Below, in pieces: positions 52,186 to 62,498 of a stretch of 64,000 nucleotides of DNA. The notes under the pieces were generated by a model. That model saw only the letters and a list, made by a program, of their open reading frames with translations. It did not search any database and was not told the origin of the DNA. The stretch's first letter is position 1. Each line of letters begins with the position of its first letter. A program made the position numbers and the translations under genes. Source of the stretch: Candidatus Hydrogenedentota bacterium (GTDB lineage: Bacteria > Hydrogenedentota > Hydrogenedentia > Hydrogenedentales > SLHB01); the NCBI GenBank assembly GCA_963745075.1, contig CAVUWV010000009.1, positions 1 to 64,000 on the forward strand. The letters run 5' to 3'.

Positions 52186-53274
52186 ATGACGCGAATTACA
52201 TTGTTGCACTTGGCCACGGTCGCCGCGCTGGTGTCCATCGCCGGATGTGCATCCACGGGAAAACCGGAGTCTGCTGCCACGGCCAATGGCAGCGAGTCGG
52301 CGTCCGGCTCCGCAAAGGTTATCTACAATCCGGCCAATCAAGCGGAAGATTCGAAACCGAACAAGGAAGAATCGAAAACGAAAGCGAAGTCTCCGATGGA
52401 TTCCCGGGTGACCCTGCAGGTTCCCGCGGGGACCGCCAGTAGTTCCGTGCGTGCCATCGGAGAATCCATCGGAGGCAACCTCGTGTTGATGGCGGGGACC
52501 GAAGACCGTCCCGTTGGGGAATTGAATTTCAAACGTGCCAAACCGGCCAACGTCGCGACGGCGATCGCCCAGGCGGCCGGACTCGCCGCACAGGAAACCC
52601 CCGACTACTATTTCCTGTTTCCTCCCGGTTATGAAGCGCTGGTGAATGTCTCCCTGGCCGGAAAGGTCCCGCCGGATTTCGGACCGCCGAAGACGGATGT
52701 GGTTTTCGGATACGGTCTTCATCTCTACACCGTGTTCTCATGGATGGGCTACGCCCTCAATTGCACCATCGTGGCGGACGACGCCATCTCCGACGCCCGG
52801 TGCGGCGAACTGGCGTTGACGCAGGTACCATTGGAAGCCGCGGTCGAGGCGATTTTGAAGTCCGCCCGCGTCAACACCTTTGCCGTGGATTGTACGGACG
52901 AGTACCTCTTCATCTACAGTCCCGATAACACCAATCCCCGTGGGGCGCTTCTGAACAGCAACGAATTGGACAGTGAACAACAGCAAACGTTGAAACGGCG
53001 TGTCACCGTGGTGCTGCCCGAGGCGCCATCGGCAGGAGCCCCGCTCGAGATACAGCAATTCAGCTCCCGGCTTGGCAACGTCCTCGATTCCCTGTCGCAA
53101 CAATTGGGCGTTACCGTCGTGGCCGAAAAAGGCCTGGAAGAGTTGCCCGTCAATCCAGTGGTACTCAATCACGTCCCGTTGCAGACCGCCCTGGACCTGA
53201 TTGTACGGCAATGGCTCGTCCCGGCCTACGGATACCAGATGTCCCACGACCGAATCATCATCCGTTCGCGCTGA
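52186..53274 (+). CDS. Lipoprotein, possibly with secretin-N/STN-like repeats
   Basis: Lipobox IAGC; repeated blocks such as LTQVPLEAAVEAIL and LNHVPLQTALDLIV. Confidence 0.65.
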   Translation: MTRITLLHLATVAALVSIAGCASTGKPESAATANGSESASGSAKVIYNPANQAEDSKPNKEESKTKAKSPMDSRVTLQVPAGTASSSVRAIGESIGGNLVLMAGTEDRPVGELNFKRAKPANVATAIAQAAGLAAQETPDYYFLFPPGYEALVNVSLAGKVPPDFGPPKTDVVFGYGLHLYTVFSWMGYALNCTIVADDAISDARCGELALTQVPLEAAVEAILKSARVNTFAVDCTDEYLFIYSPDNTNPRGALLNSNELDSEQQQTLKRRVTVVLPEAPSAGAPLEIQQFSSRLGNVLDSLSQQLGVTVVAEKGLEELPVNPVVLNHVPLQTALDLIVRQWLVPAYGYQMSHDRIIIRSR

Positions 53275-53336
53275 TCGCAGTTCGGCCTCAGACACGCACG
53301 TTTGACCGCTTTCGGTACGGGCAGTACACTCCCCGC

Positions 53337-54041
53337 ATGATGCCCGACACGATGATTCTTCTGCCCGCATTCAATGAATCGGAACGCATCGGCCATGTCA
53401 TCGATGCGATCCGTGACGTGATGCCGGAAGGGCTGGTGGTCGTCGTGGATGACGGGTCGTCGGACGACACCCCCGAACAGGCCTTGGCCCGAGGCGCGAC
53501 CGTGCTGACCTTGCCGTTCAACCTCGGGTACGGCGTGGCGCTCCAGACTGGATACAAGTATGCTGTCGCGCGCGGGCTGGAATATCTCGTACAACTCGAC
53601 GCCGACGATCAACACGATCCCGCCGGTATCCCCCGTCTGCTGGAACGTGTTCGATCCGGTGCGTTCGATATCTGTATCGGCTCCCGCTTTCTCGAAGGAG
53701 AGCCGTATGCCATTCCAACAACGCGCCGTCTTGGCATGGCCCTGTTTCGCCGGGTCGCATCCCGTCTTCTGGGCCAGACCGTGACCGATCCCACCAGCGG
53801 CTTTCAGGCCATGAACCGCCGCGTATTGGAGTTCTTTTCGCGGGACAGCTATCCCGTCGACTACCCCGACGTTGATGTGCTGGTTATGTTGCACCGCCAC
53901 GGGTTTCGCCTCACCGAGGTTCCGGTGGTTATGCGCGCTCGCGCGTCGGGCCATTCGCTGCACGCCGGGCTCAAGCCCGTATACTATTTGTTCAAGATGG
54001 GAATGGACATACCGCTGAACCTCGTGCGCCGGGAGAAATGA
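53337..54041 (+). CDS. GT2 glycosyltransferase (DPM1-like)
   Basis: PAFNE, VVDDGSSDDT, NLGYGVALQTG, DADDQHDP, GSRF and TDPTSGFQA. Confidence 0.92.
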   Translation: MMPDTMILLPAFNESERIGHVIDAIRDVMPEGLVVVVDDGSSDDTPEQALARGATVLTLPFNLGYGVALQTGYKYAVARGLEYLVQLDADDQHDPAGIPRLLERVRSGAFDICIGSRFLEGEPYAIPTTRRLGMALFRRVASRLLGQTVTDPTSGFQAMNRRVLEFFSRDSYPVDYPDVDVLVMLHRHGFRLTEVPVVMRARASGHSLHAGLKPVYYLFKMGMDIPLNLVRREK

Positions 54042-54409
54042 CCGTGGATATTCGTCAAAAAATTCTTGCCGCAGTATGTGGTATCTCGTTGCTGCTTGTG
54101 ATCGTAGAACTCGTGCGCCGGCGCAAACTCCGGGTCGAATACTCCTGGCTTTGGATCGCCGCCGGCGTCGCCATCGTCGTGATCGGACTGAACTATCCGT
54201 TGTTGATCTGGATTACGGAATTCATCGGCGCCGGGTTCACCTCATCGACCTTGTTCTTCTTCGGGATCTTCTTCGTTCTGGCGTTGTGCCTGCAATTCAG
54301 CGTGAAGATTTCCAAGCTCGAGACCCAGGTGAAGAATCTCGCCCAGGAACTGGCGCTTCAACGGCCCAAGACCAAGCCCAAAACGGGGGAAAATGAAGCT
54401 ACGGATTAA
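54038..54409 (+). CDS. DUF2304 membrane protein
   Basis: ELVRRRKLRVEYSWLW and SVKISKLETQVKNLAQELAL; usual neighbour of DPM1-like GT2 genes. Confidence 0.85.
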   Translation: MTVDIRQKILAAVCGISLLLVIVELVRRRKLRVEYSWLWIAAGVAIVVIGLNYPLLIWITEFIGAGFTSSTLFFFGIFFVLALCLQFSVKISKLETQVKNLAQELALQRPKTKPKTGENEATD

Positions 54410-55139
54410 GCGGGAACAATCCGGGCAGCGTCAGTAGTTCCGTGAGACTATGAATCCGGTCCGTGCAGTCGGATGTGTTGTGCTGCCGATCAAGCAATAT
54501 GTCACGAACGCCGGCGTCACGGGCCCCTTGGATATCTTCCTCCACCGAATCGCCGACATGGACAACTGCGTCCGCAGTCAGTTCCATACGCCGGCACGCC
54601 TCGCGAAAGATGTCCGGGTGGGGCTTGCTCACGCCCGCTTCTGCGGAGGTCAGGATAAATTCGAAGTATTCTGCCAAACCAATCGCCGTGAGCAACCGCG
54701 GAAGTCGGGAATCCCAATTCGACACGACCGCCAGGTGTACGTCTCGTTCGCGCAGTCCGTCCAGCGTGGGCACTACATCCTCGTAGACGCGCCAGACGTC
54801 TGGTTGGGCAAAGCGTTCGTAGAGGTCTTCAAAAAACGAATCGAACACCTTGTCAAATTCAGCCGGTGGGTCTACGTTCTGGAAAACGTCATGCACAAAC
54901 CCACGCCACCACGCCCGCTCGACTGCTTCTGACGTATGGAAGGGCGTTTCATTCCCTTCGTGCGGACGCTGCGTCTGCCAGCAGGCTGCGAAAGTGCGAT
55001 TGAGCGTATCTGATGATACGTCGAAGCCGTGTTTCGCCGCCTCCATCGCATAGACGTCACCGACGGAAGGATGGACGGTTAAGAGCGTTCCCGCTGCGTC
55101 GAACGTAATCGCTTTGGTCGTGGCAGAACGTCGTGTCAT
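54399..55139 (-). CDS. HAD-IA hydrolase (REG-2/HDHD3-like)
   Basis: FDAAGTL, VVSNWDSRL, SKPHPDIF and HVGDSVEEDIQGA. Confidence 0.9.
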   Translation of the reverse strand: MTRRSATTKAITFDAAGTLLTVHPSVGDVYAMEAAKHGFDVSSDTLNRTFAACWQTQRPHEGNETPFHTSEAVERAWWRGFVHDVFQNVDPPAEFDKVFDSFFEDLYERFAQPDVWRVYEDVVPTLDGLRERDVHLAVVSNWDSRLPRLLTAIGLAEYFEFILTSAEAGVSKPHPDIFREACRRMELTADAVVHVGDSVEEDIQGARDAGVRDILLDRQHNTSDCTDRIHSLTELLTLPGLFPLNP

Positions 55140-57355
55140 CACCCGCCTTCGCCGCCCGTAACGCGGTCGGCGGGATCGGCATCCTCATCGGTAGGCAGGG
55201 GCGCGGTCAGGTCGACTGGAGGGGGAACGATTCCCTTGGGGCCGAGCGTTTCCCGCACAATCCGGGTCGCCTCGTTTCGCCCGAATACCGCGGACTGGGC
55301 CGGGTTCTTGGGCACCGGACTCTCCTCGCGTTCCGCTGTATCCGGACGGACGTAGAGCGTCTGCGTGGGGAACGCGAAATCGACGCCCAATCGGTTTGCG
55401 AGACGAATAATGTCGAGGTACAACCGTTCCTTTTCTCGCAACTCCGTCCCCCAGTCCGGGGTAGCGACGAAACAGTACAACAGAATGTTTAACGAATGGT
55501 CCGCGAACTCGTTCAAATACACGTGGTAGTAGTCCTTTCGCGTGTAAGGGTGCTCGCGGATCAACTGTCGGATTCCTTCGCAGAAGGCCTCGATTTTCTC
55601 GACTGGTGTATCGTAGGTGACGGCGAGCATCGTCTTGATCCGCCGGTATTTTCGCGCCCCGTAATTGTCGATTGTGGCATTGATCAGTTCGTTGTTGGGG
55701 ACCGCGATTAGGGAATTGTAAAACGTGCGTACCCGGGTGCTGCGGATGCCGACGGATTCGACGCTGCCGTCGATGTCTTTGAACTGAACCCAATCCCCGA
55801 TCTCGAAGGGCCGATCCAACAGGATCGTCAGGGAGCCGAAGAGGTTCGCCACCGTCTCCCGCGCGGCCAGGGCAAAGGCCAAACCGCCCAAGCCCAAACC
55901 AGCGAGAAGACTTCGAATATCCCAATCCAACACGTTCGCGATAAACACGAGGCCGAACGCGACCACGCAGACCTTGAAGCTTTTCGTAACCAGGGGCACG
56001 AGGAGGTCGTCGAATTTGTTCTCGGTTCGCTCGGCCCGCTCATGCAGGTAACTGGACAAAATGTCGATGAGCCGGTAGAAGGCCCATACTCCGCCGCCGG
56101 CCGAAACGAACTTGGCAGCGACCCGCAGGTAATAGAGCGAGTCTGCGGGTAGGCCGAGTGTGTGAAGGCCCAGTAGCCAGACCCACGCCATAATGGCGAT
56201 CCGAATCGGCCGGACGAAACCCTTTTCCAGTTTCTTGTCCAGCGAGTAGTGCTCGCGCGCGAACACGCGGCGTACGATCAGGACGAGTATCCAGCCCACA
56301 AAACGGCTGATCGCCATCCCCGTGAAGACGATGACAAACAGTCCGAGCCACTGCCAATTCTCCAGGTAGAAAGTCTTGCGAAGGAGGAAAGGGAATTCGT
56401 CCGACGCAAAGTCGCGGAGACGAAGCGATGTCAGTTCCGGAGTTCGATCCTTGAGAATGCCCTTCGCCAGCGGCCGATCCTTGTACGCATCGTACAGGGG
56501 AGTAAGGTTCTTCAGTGTATTGGCCGTAAACTTCCAGGCACTCAAGCCGGTGTCGGGATCTTCGACCCGATCGATGACGATCGAGCCCGCCGGATCGCGC
56601 AAGTAATAGTAGGGCGGTCCCTCCTTGTAGTTGGGAATCTCCGGCAACGCGATGAGCTTGTCCCGGTCAAGGATGCGTTTGAGTTTGGTTGCGAACTCAA
56701 TCCCCGCCTCTTCGCGCACGTCTTTGCCGAGATTCGACAGGTCGAGGGTCGAAATAGGGGTGTCCCATCCGTTTTCCGCGTAGTTGTTTACGCCCGTGAG
56801 AAACACTTCCATCGTATCGCGCGGCGACTGCAAAACCGGATCGAGACCACCGGTATCCGGTTCCTCCGATTGATTCGTCTCGACAATCTCGTCGTACGAG
56901 GATCCGATATTCTTCAGCGTGTTGGTGTAGCTGAAGCGCCATTTGCCGTCGTCATTACGATGCAAGGTGAGAACGATGTCTTCGGTGTCCCCGAGGGTGA
57001 TCTTGCACGTGCGGCCTTCGACGTCCTCCGGAATGGAGTTCAGCGAGAAGGTTGCGCTGTCGATGACGGTATAGAGCTTGCGTGCGAGGTCGGTTGCGCG
57101 AGCCGCGCGCTCGGCCGAAGGCAACTCGTCCAGGCTAAGACAGTCGATTGCGAGATCCAGATGCTGGCCGTTCCCCTGATCCACGGAGGTCATCGCTTCA
57201 ACGAACGTGCGAACCGTCCCTCGAGGAGAACTCAAATCGGCCCGCTCGGCAATCGGATCGGGCGCCGCCTTTTCCTCGGGTTGCTGGGCGTGGCCCAATC
57301 CCGATGCGAAGGCCGTCAGCAGAACCAGAAGAAACAAGATGAATCGTTTGGGCAT
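55139..57355 (-). CDS. MscS family mechanosensitive channel with a duplicated periplasmic domain
   Basis: GLGLGGLAFALAARETVANLFG, DRPFEIGDWV, GIRSTRVRT and VDFAFPTQT; signal peptide; two SPRxT...WxF repeats. Confidence 0.92.
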   Translation of the reverse strand: MPKRFILFLLVLLTAFASGLGHAQQPEEKAAPDPIAERADLSSPRGTVRTFVEAMTSVDQGNGQHLDLAIDCLSLDELPSAERAARATDLARKLYTVIDSATFSLNSIPEDVEGRTCKITLGDTEDIVLTLHRNDDGKWRFSYTNTLKNIGSSYDEIVETNQSEEPDTGGLDPVLQSPRDTMEVFLTGVNNYAENGWDTPISTLDLSNLGKDVREEAGIEFATKLKRILDRDKLIALPEIPNYKEGPPYYYLRDPAGSIVIDRVEDPDTGLSAWKFTANTLKNLTPLYDAYKDRPLAKGILKDRTPELTSLRLRDFASDEFPFLLRKTFYLENWQWLGLFVIVFTGMAISRFVGWILVLIVRRVFAREHYSLDKKLEKGFVRPIRIAIMAWVWLLGLHTLGLPADSLYYLRVAAKFVSAGGGVWAFYRLIDILSSYLHERAERTENKFDDLLVPLVTKSFKVCVVAFGLVFIANVLDWDIRSLLAGLGLGGLAFALAARETVANLFGSLTILLDRPFEIGDWVQFKDIDGSVESVGIRSTRVRTFYNSLIAVPNNELINATIDNYGARKYRRIKTMLAVTYDTPVEKIEAFCEGIRQLIREHPYTRKDYYHVYLNEFADHSLNILLYCFVATPDWGTELREKERLYLDIIRLANRLGVDFAFPTQTLYVRPDTAEREESPVPKNPAQSAVFGRNEATRIVRETLGPKGIVPPPVDLTAPLPTDEDADPADRVTGGEGG

Positions 57356-57460
57356 ATCGATCTCGGTGATATGATGCATGTTGATCCCCATTGTGGGCAG
57401 TATAGGAGACACTTCGGGGAATGGCAAGGCGGTTGCGGCGCGAATTGGAACGGCTTCGTT

Positions 57461-59074
57461 TTACGCGCCCTGGATGCGCTTTTCGTACCCGGCCCATTCC
57501 TTTTCGCGAAGCACGAATTTTTGGATCTTCCCCGTGCTTGTCTTGGGCAATACCGTGAATTCCACTTGCGTGGGGCATTTGAAGTGGGCGATCTCGTCAC
57601 GGCAGAAGACAATCAGGTCCTCGGCCGTGACCTTCTGCCCATCCTTGAGCGTCACGAATGCTTTCGGGGTTTCACCCCATTTTTCGTGGGGTACCCCAAT
57701 CACGGCGACTTCCAATACGGCTTGGTGCCGATACAGCGCCTGCTCCACCTCGATGGACGAGATATTCTCTCCGCCACTGATGATCACGTCTTTACTGCGA
57801 TCCCGTAATTCGATGTAACCGTCGGGATGCATGACCGCGATATCGCCGCTGTGAAACCAGCCGCCGCGGAACGCTTCATTCGTGGCCGTCGCGTCGTTGT
57901 AATACCCCTTCATGACCATGTTGCCGCGCATGACGACTTCGCCCATCGTCTTGCCGTCAGCCGGCACGTCATTCATGTTCTCGTCGACGACCCGAAGGCC
58001 ATCCCCCGCGACGTAGGGCACCCCCTGGCGTGCATTGAGCTTGGCTTGCTGGTCCGCGAACAGGTCTTCCCAGTGTCTTTGTGGTGCGCAGATCGTATAG
58101 GGGCCGTAGGTTTCCGTAAGTCCGTAAATATGGATGATCCGCGCGCCGACTTCTTCCATGTGTTCGATGAGCGTGGGGGAGGGCGGTGCGCCTCCCGTCG
58201 TTACGGTGAGTGGCTGCTCCAGATGCCGGGGACGGCCCGGATGATTCAACAACGAGATCAACAAGACCGGCGCCCCGTTGAGATGGGTCACGCCTTCCTG
58301 GGCAATCAACTCCCACACGTGCGCGGGTTCGACCTTGCGCAGGCACACATGCGTTCCGCCGATGGCCGTGACACCCCACGTGAAGCACCAGCCGTTGCAG
58401 TGAAACATCGGCACCGTCCACAAGAAGACGGACTCCGGCGTCAATCCCGTTTCGACGATTTCCCCGAGACCGTTAATGTACCCCCCGCGATGAGAGTACA
58501 TGACACCCTTGGGTTGGCCCGTAGTGCCGCTTGTGTAGTTGATGGAGATGGTTTCCATCTCGTCCTCCAGCACCCACGGGACGGGTTCAGCGGAACCCGT
58601 CGTAAGGAACGCTTCAAACGCGGTGGTGCCCGCCAACGGGGGATAGTCGGTATCCGGAATGCTGACGATCGATTGGACGCTCCGAAGTTCCTCACGTACG
58701 GGCACGATGAGACTGTTGAATTCCGTGTCCGCGATGAGGATCGTCGCTCCCGAGTGGTTCAGGATATAGCCGATCTCGCGCGGCGACAAGCGCGTGTTGA
58801 TGCTCACCAGCACGCCGCCCGCGAGTGGCACGGCAAAGTGCGCCGCAAGCATGGGCGGTGTGTTCGGGCACAACATGGCCACCCGATCACCCTTCTTCAG
58901 TCCCTGCGCGCGCAAGGCTGAGGCAAACCGGTAGACGAGTTCGGCAAATTGCCCGTACGTCAGGCGCGTTTCGCCATAAACCACCGCCTCTCTATCGCGG
59001 TAGGCGTGCACGCTTCGTTCCAGAAACGTGAGTGGAGTTAATAGGGCTCGACAGACATTCTCGTGGCGCTCCAT
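57461..59074 (-). CDS. Acyl-CoA synthetase / AMP-dependent ligase
   Basis: NYTSGTTGQPKGV, PMFHCNGWCF, YGLTETYGP, WFHSGD, IISGGENISSIEVE and LPKTSTGKIQK. Confidence 0.95.
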   Translation of the reverse strand: MERHENVCRALLTPLTFLERSVHAYRDREAVVYGETRLTYGQFAELVYRFASALRAQGLKKGDRVAMLCPNTPPMLAAHFAVPLAGGVLVSINTRLSPREIGYILNHSGATILIADTEFNSLIVPVREELRSVQSIVSIPDTDYPPLAGTTAFEAFLTTGSAEPVPWVLEDEMETISINYTSGTTGQPKGVMYSHRGGYINGLGEIVETGLTPESVFLWTVPMFHCNGWCFTWGVTAIGGTHVCLRKVEPAHVWELIAQEGVTHLNGAPVLLISLLNHPGRPRHLEQPLTVTTGGAPPSPTLIEHMEEVGARIIHIYGLTETYGPYTICAPQRHWEDLFADQQAKLNARQGVPYVAGDGLRVVDENMNDVPADGKTMGEVVMRGNMVMKGYYNDATATNEAFRGGWFHSGDIAVMHPDGYIELRDRSKDVIISGGENISSIEVEQALYRHQAVLEVAVIGVPHEKWGETPKAFVTLKDGQKVTAEDLIVFCRDEIAHFKCPTQVEFTVLPKTSTGKIQKFVLREKEWAGYEKRIQGA

Positions 59075-59226
59075 CCGTGCTTCCTCCGGATACGTGGGTC
59101 CCGACCCGTCGCGGGTCGATTGATTGCACCTGACCGTACAGCGAGTCACAGAGTAACGGAAATGCGGGCGGCGAGCAACGGGGCACAAACAATGCAATTC
59201 TTCACACCGTCAGCTAAAATCAGGGG

Positions 59227-60195
59227 ATGATCGAGCAACTCAAGACCGACGTGGAAAAACTCGCCTTCGAACATGGCCGCATGGCCGGCACACGCGGTCA
59301 TTCCCAAGCCCGGGAATACGTCGTGTGCCGGTGTCGCGAGGCGGGGCTGGAGGGTTATCACAATGGCTCCTTCGAGCTTGCGTACGCGGAAGGTGAGATC
59401 CGTTTGACCAACGTCATCGGCCTGCTGCCCGGCTCCCGGCCTGACTTGGACCCCATCCTCATCGCCGCGCATTATGATACCTGCGGACCCTTTCCGGGAG
59501 CGGACGATAACGCGGCGGCGATCGCAATCGCGCTGGCTTCCGTCGAGCCGCTGCGCCGTCGGAACCTCGAACGCAGCATGATCTACGCGTTCTTCGACGC
59601 CGAAGAGCCGCCACATTTTTTGACCCCCTTGATGGGATCGACCTATTTCTACGACCATCAGCGGCTGGGAAACATACACTGCGCCATTGTCCTGGACCTC
59701 ATCGGTCACGATGTCCCCATCCCCGGCAAGGAAGACCTGTTGTTCATCATGGGGATGGAGAGCGATCCGGGACTTGAACGCGTCGTCCGCTCCTGCGAAC
59801 CGGAATCCGGTATCCGCACGGTGGCCACGCTCAACCGGTATGTGGGCGACATGAGTGACCATCACGTCTTTCGCGAGAATCAGCGCCCGTACTTGTTCCT
59901 GTCCTGCGGCCAGTGGGAACACTACCATTTGCCGACGGACACGCCCGAAAAACTCAACTACGAGAAGATGCGCTATCTCGTCGACTACCTGGCCAACATA
60001 GCGGAAGCCGTTTGCGTGGCGACGCTTGCCGGACCCTTTGAAGGGTACGATTCGACACCCGCAGAACTGGAACTCATGCGAAAGCATGTCGGCGGCTTGG
60101 CGGAACAACTCGGCATCCCGCTGGCGAACCGGGACCATCTCGATGTGCTCGTATTTCAATTGGTTTCCCGTTTCGGCCTGTTGACGGACCGTTGA
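59227..60195 (+). CDS. M28 family metallopeptidase
   Basis: AHYD, GADDNAAA, DAEE, DLIG, SDH and YHLPTD. Confidence 0.9.
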   Translation: MIEQLKTDVEKLAFEHGRMAGTRGHSQAREYVVCRCREAGLEGYHNGSFELAYAEGEIRLTNVIGLLPGSRPDLDPILIAAHYDTCGPFPGADDNAAAIAIALASVEPLRRRNLERSMIYAFFDAEEPPHFLTPLMGSTYFYDHQRLGNIHCAIVLDLIGHDVPIPGKEDLLFIMGMESDPGLERVVRSCEPESGIRTVATLNRYVGDMSDHHVFRENQRPYLFLSCGQWEHYHLPTDTPEKLNYEKMRYLVDYLANIAEAVCVATLAGPFEGYDSTPAELELMRKHVGGLAEQLGIPLANRDHLDVLVFQLVSRFGLLTDR

Positions 60196-60285
60196 TCGAC
60201 TGGAACCAGTCCGCCGTGCGAAGCCGCACTACAATGGTTATATCCCGTTTTTGTTAGTGATTCTCACAAGAAGGAGATATTTTTC

Positions 60286-61786
60286 GTGCCCGAATCGATA
60301 GAAAGCCTTGCGTGAAAAGCTCGGGGCGGTGACGGATTTACGTTCTGCGATCGCCGTGCTGTCCTGGGATCAGGAAGTCTATATGCCGCCCAAAGGCGCC
60401 GAAGGCCGGGGCCAACAGATCGCGACCTTGTCGGCCCATGCCCACCGGCTGTTTACGGATCCGGAGGTGGGCGACCTGCTCGAGGAATTAGCCGGTGCAG
60501 CCAGCCAACTTTCGCCACAGGACGCCAAACTCGTGGAAGTCGCCCAATACGATTTCGAACGGGCAACCAAACTGCCGGAATCGTTCGTCCGCGAGTTCGC
60601 CCTGGAATGCAGCAAGGCCTACGAAGTATGGGTGCGCGCGCGCAAAGAATCGAGTTTCGCGCTGTTCCGGGACAATCTCGCACGGATCGTGGATTTAAAC
60701 CGTCGCAAGGCCGAGTACTTCGGATACGATGGGTCGCCCTACGACGCGCTTCTCGACGAGTACGAACGCGGCATGACGGCAGCACAACTGAAACCCCTCT
60801 TCGCCAACGTCGCAGCCGCGCAGTCGAAACTCGTCGAGCAAATCGTCGCCTCGCCGGCGCAACCGGACCTGGCGTGGACCGCGGGTCCCTGGGACGAACG
60901 TGCCAAGTGGGACTTCACCCTCCAAGTCCTGTGCGACTTGGGCTTCGACATGGACGCGGGCCGGCAGGATAAGTCGGTGCACCCGTTCTCGGCACAATTC
61001 GATCTCTACGACGTTCGCGTAACCACTCGGTTTAGTTCGGACGAATTGTTCTCAGGACTAATGGGCACTATCCACGAATGCGGCCACGCGCTCTATTCAC
61101 AGGGGCACGATCCCGCGGATCGGCGTACGCCCTTGTTGGATGGGGCCTCGCTCGGTATCCACGAATCTCAGTCCCGGATGTGGGAGAACGTCATCGGCCG
61201 CAGCCTGCCGTTCTGGAACCACTATCTCCCGGCACTCCGAAAGTTCTTCCCCGACCGTCTCGATGCGGTCAACCCCGAGGACGTCTACGCGGCCGTCAAC
61301 CACGTAGAACGATCCCTGATTCGCGTGGAAGCCGACGAGTGCACGTACAACCTCCATGTCATCCTTCGATTTGAAATCGAACTGGGGCTTATCGAAGGGA
61401 CCTTGTCGATTGACGACGTACCGGAACTGTGGAACACGAAGATAAGAGACTATCTCGGCCTCAACGTCCCCGATGACGCGCATGGGTGTTTGCAGGACAT
61501 TCATTGGTCCCACGGCGCATTCGGCTATTTCCCCACCTACGCCTTGGGCAATCTGTACGCGGCACAACTCTTCGAGACGATCCAGACTGCAATCCCAAAT
61601 CTGTGGGAACAGGTCGAACGGGGCGAGTTTACCGAACTGCTGGGGTGGCTGCGGGAAAACGTGCACCGTCACGGACGAAGAAAACTCCCGCTCGAAATTT
61701 TGAAGGATGCAACCGGAAAAGAAGCGGACTGGCGGCCCTACTTGCGATACCTGGAAGACAAGTACGGCAATTTGTATCACCTATAA
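60286..61786 (+). CDS. M32 carboxypeptidase (probable indel near 60307)
   Basis: LSWDQEVYMP, HPF, HECGHALY, IHESQSR, IRVEADE, LQDIHW and GYFPTY. AAGGAG-GTG at 60286 is one base out of frame with the body. Confidence 0.93.
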
Positions 61787-61794
61787 TCTTTGAC

Positions 61795-61830
61795 TGCCGT
61801 CATCCTGAGCGCCAGCGAAGGATGACGGCA
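61795..61830. terminator. 12-bp hairpin between convergent genes (REP-like core)
   Basis: TGCCGTCATCCT-N12-AGGATGACGGCA. Confidence 0.6.
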
Positions 61831-61848
61831 AAATGGAGTTGCGTTCGA

Positions 61849-62466
61849 TTACCAGATGTTGCGCTGGAGCGCCACCACCACGCCCTGGATCTGCACCGAT
61901 CGCCCGGGGAAGAGCATGGACTGCATGGTCGAGTTGGCGGGACGGAGTTCCACCATATCGCCGTGCCGGTAGAAGCGCTTTACGGTCGCTTCGTCGTCCA
62001 CCAGCGCGACAACTATATCCCCCGCCTTGGGCCGGGCTTCCGGGTTCACGATAATCGTATCTCCATCTAGAATCCCGTCGTCGATCATACTGTCGCCCTG
62101 GACCTTCAAGCAGTACGCCCCGGGGCGCAGATGCGCGGACGACACCGGCACGTGCCCTTCGATGTTCTCCTCGGCGAGGATTGGATAACCCGCGGCGATT
62201 CGACCAACCAGTGGCAGCATCCCCATCTCGTTCTGGTACAGTCCGACCGACGCCTGGTCGGTCACGTGAATGCTCCGGGCTTTCGAGGAACGCTCGATAT
62301 AGCCCTTTTTCTCCAGCGCCACGAGGTGGTCGTTGACGCCGTTGGTGGAGGAGATATTGAACCGGACCCCGATTTCAGCAATTGTGGGCGGCATCCCGTG
62401 ATCACGAATGCAGTCAATGATGAACTGTAGAATCTCGCTCTGCCGCTTTGTAAGCCCCTTCGCCAT
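61849..62466 (-). CDS. lexA: SOS repressor LexA
   Basis: LTKRQSEIL, PPTIAEI, HLVALEKKGYI, GRIAAG (Ala-Gly cleavage site), GDSM and TVKR. Confidence 0.96.
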   Translation of the reverse strand: MAKGLTKRQSEILQFIIDCIRDHGMPPTIAEIGVRFNISSTNGVNDHLVALEKKGYIERSSKARSIHVTDQASVGLYQNEMGMLPLVGRIAAGYPILAEENIEGHVPVSSAHLRPGAYCLKVQGDSMIDDGILDGDTIIVNPEARPKAGDIVVALVDDEATVKRFYRHGDMVELRPANSTMQSMLFPGRSVQIQGVVVALQRNIW

Positions 62467-62478
62467 TTCTTTCTCCCG

Positions 62479-62496
62479 ACTGAAATCTTTTTCAGT
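62479..62496. promoter_or_regulatory. Candidate LexA operator
   Basis: Palindrome ACTGAAA-N4-TTTCAGT immediately upstream of the lexA RBS. Confidence 0.7.
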
Positions 62497-62498
62497 TA

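Noticed and set aside
56249..57808. 519-aa plus-strand ORF (likewise 25298..26320, 29454..30497, 47015..48121, 57827..58921 and 59146..60159)
   Set aside because: Antisense or alternate-frame shadows of well-supported genes.
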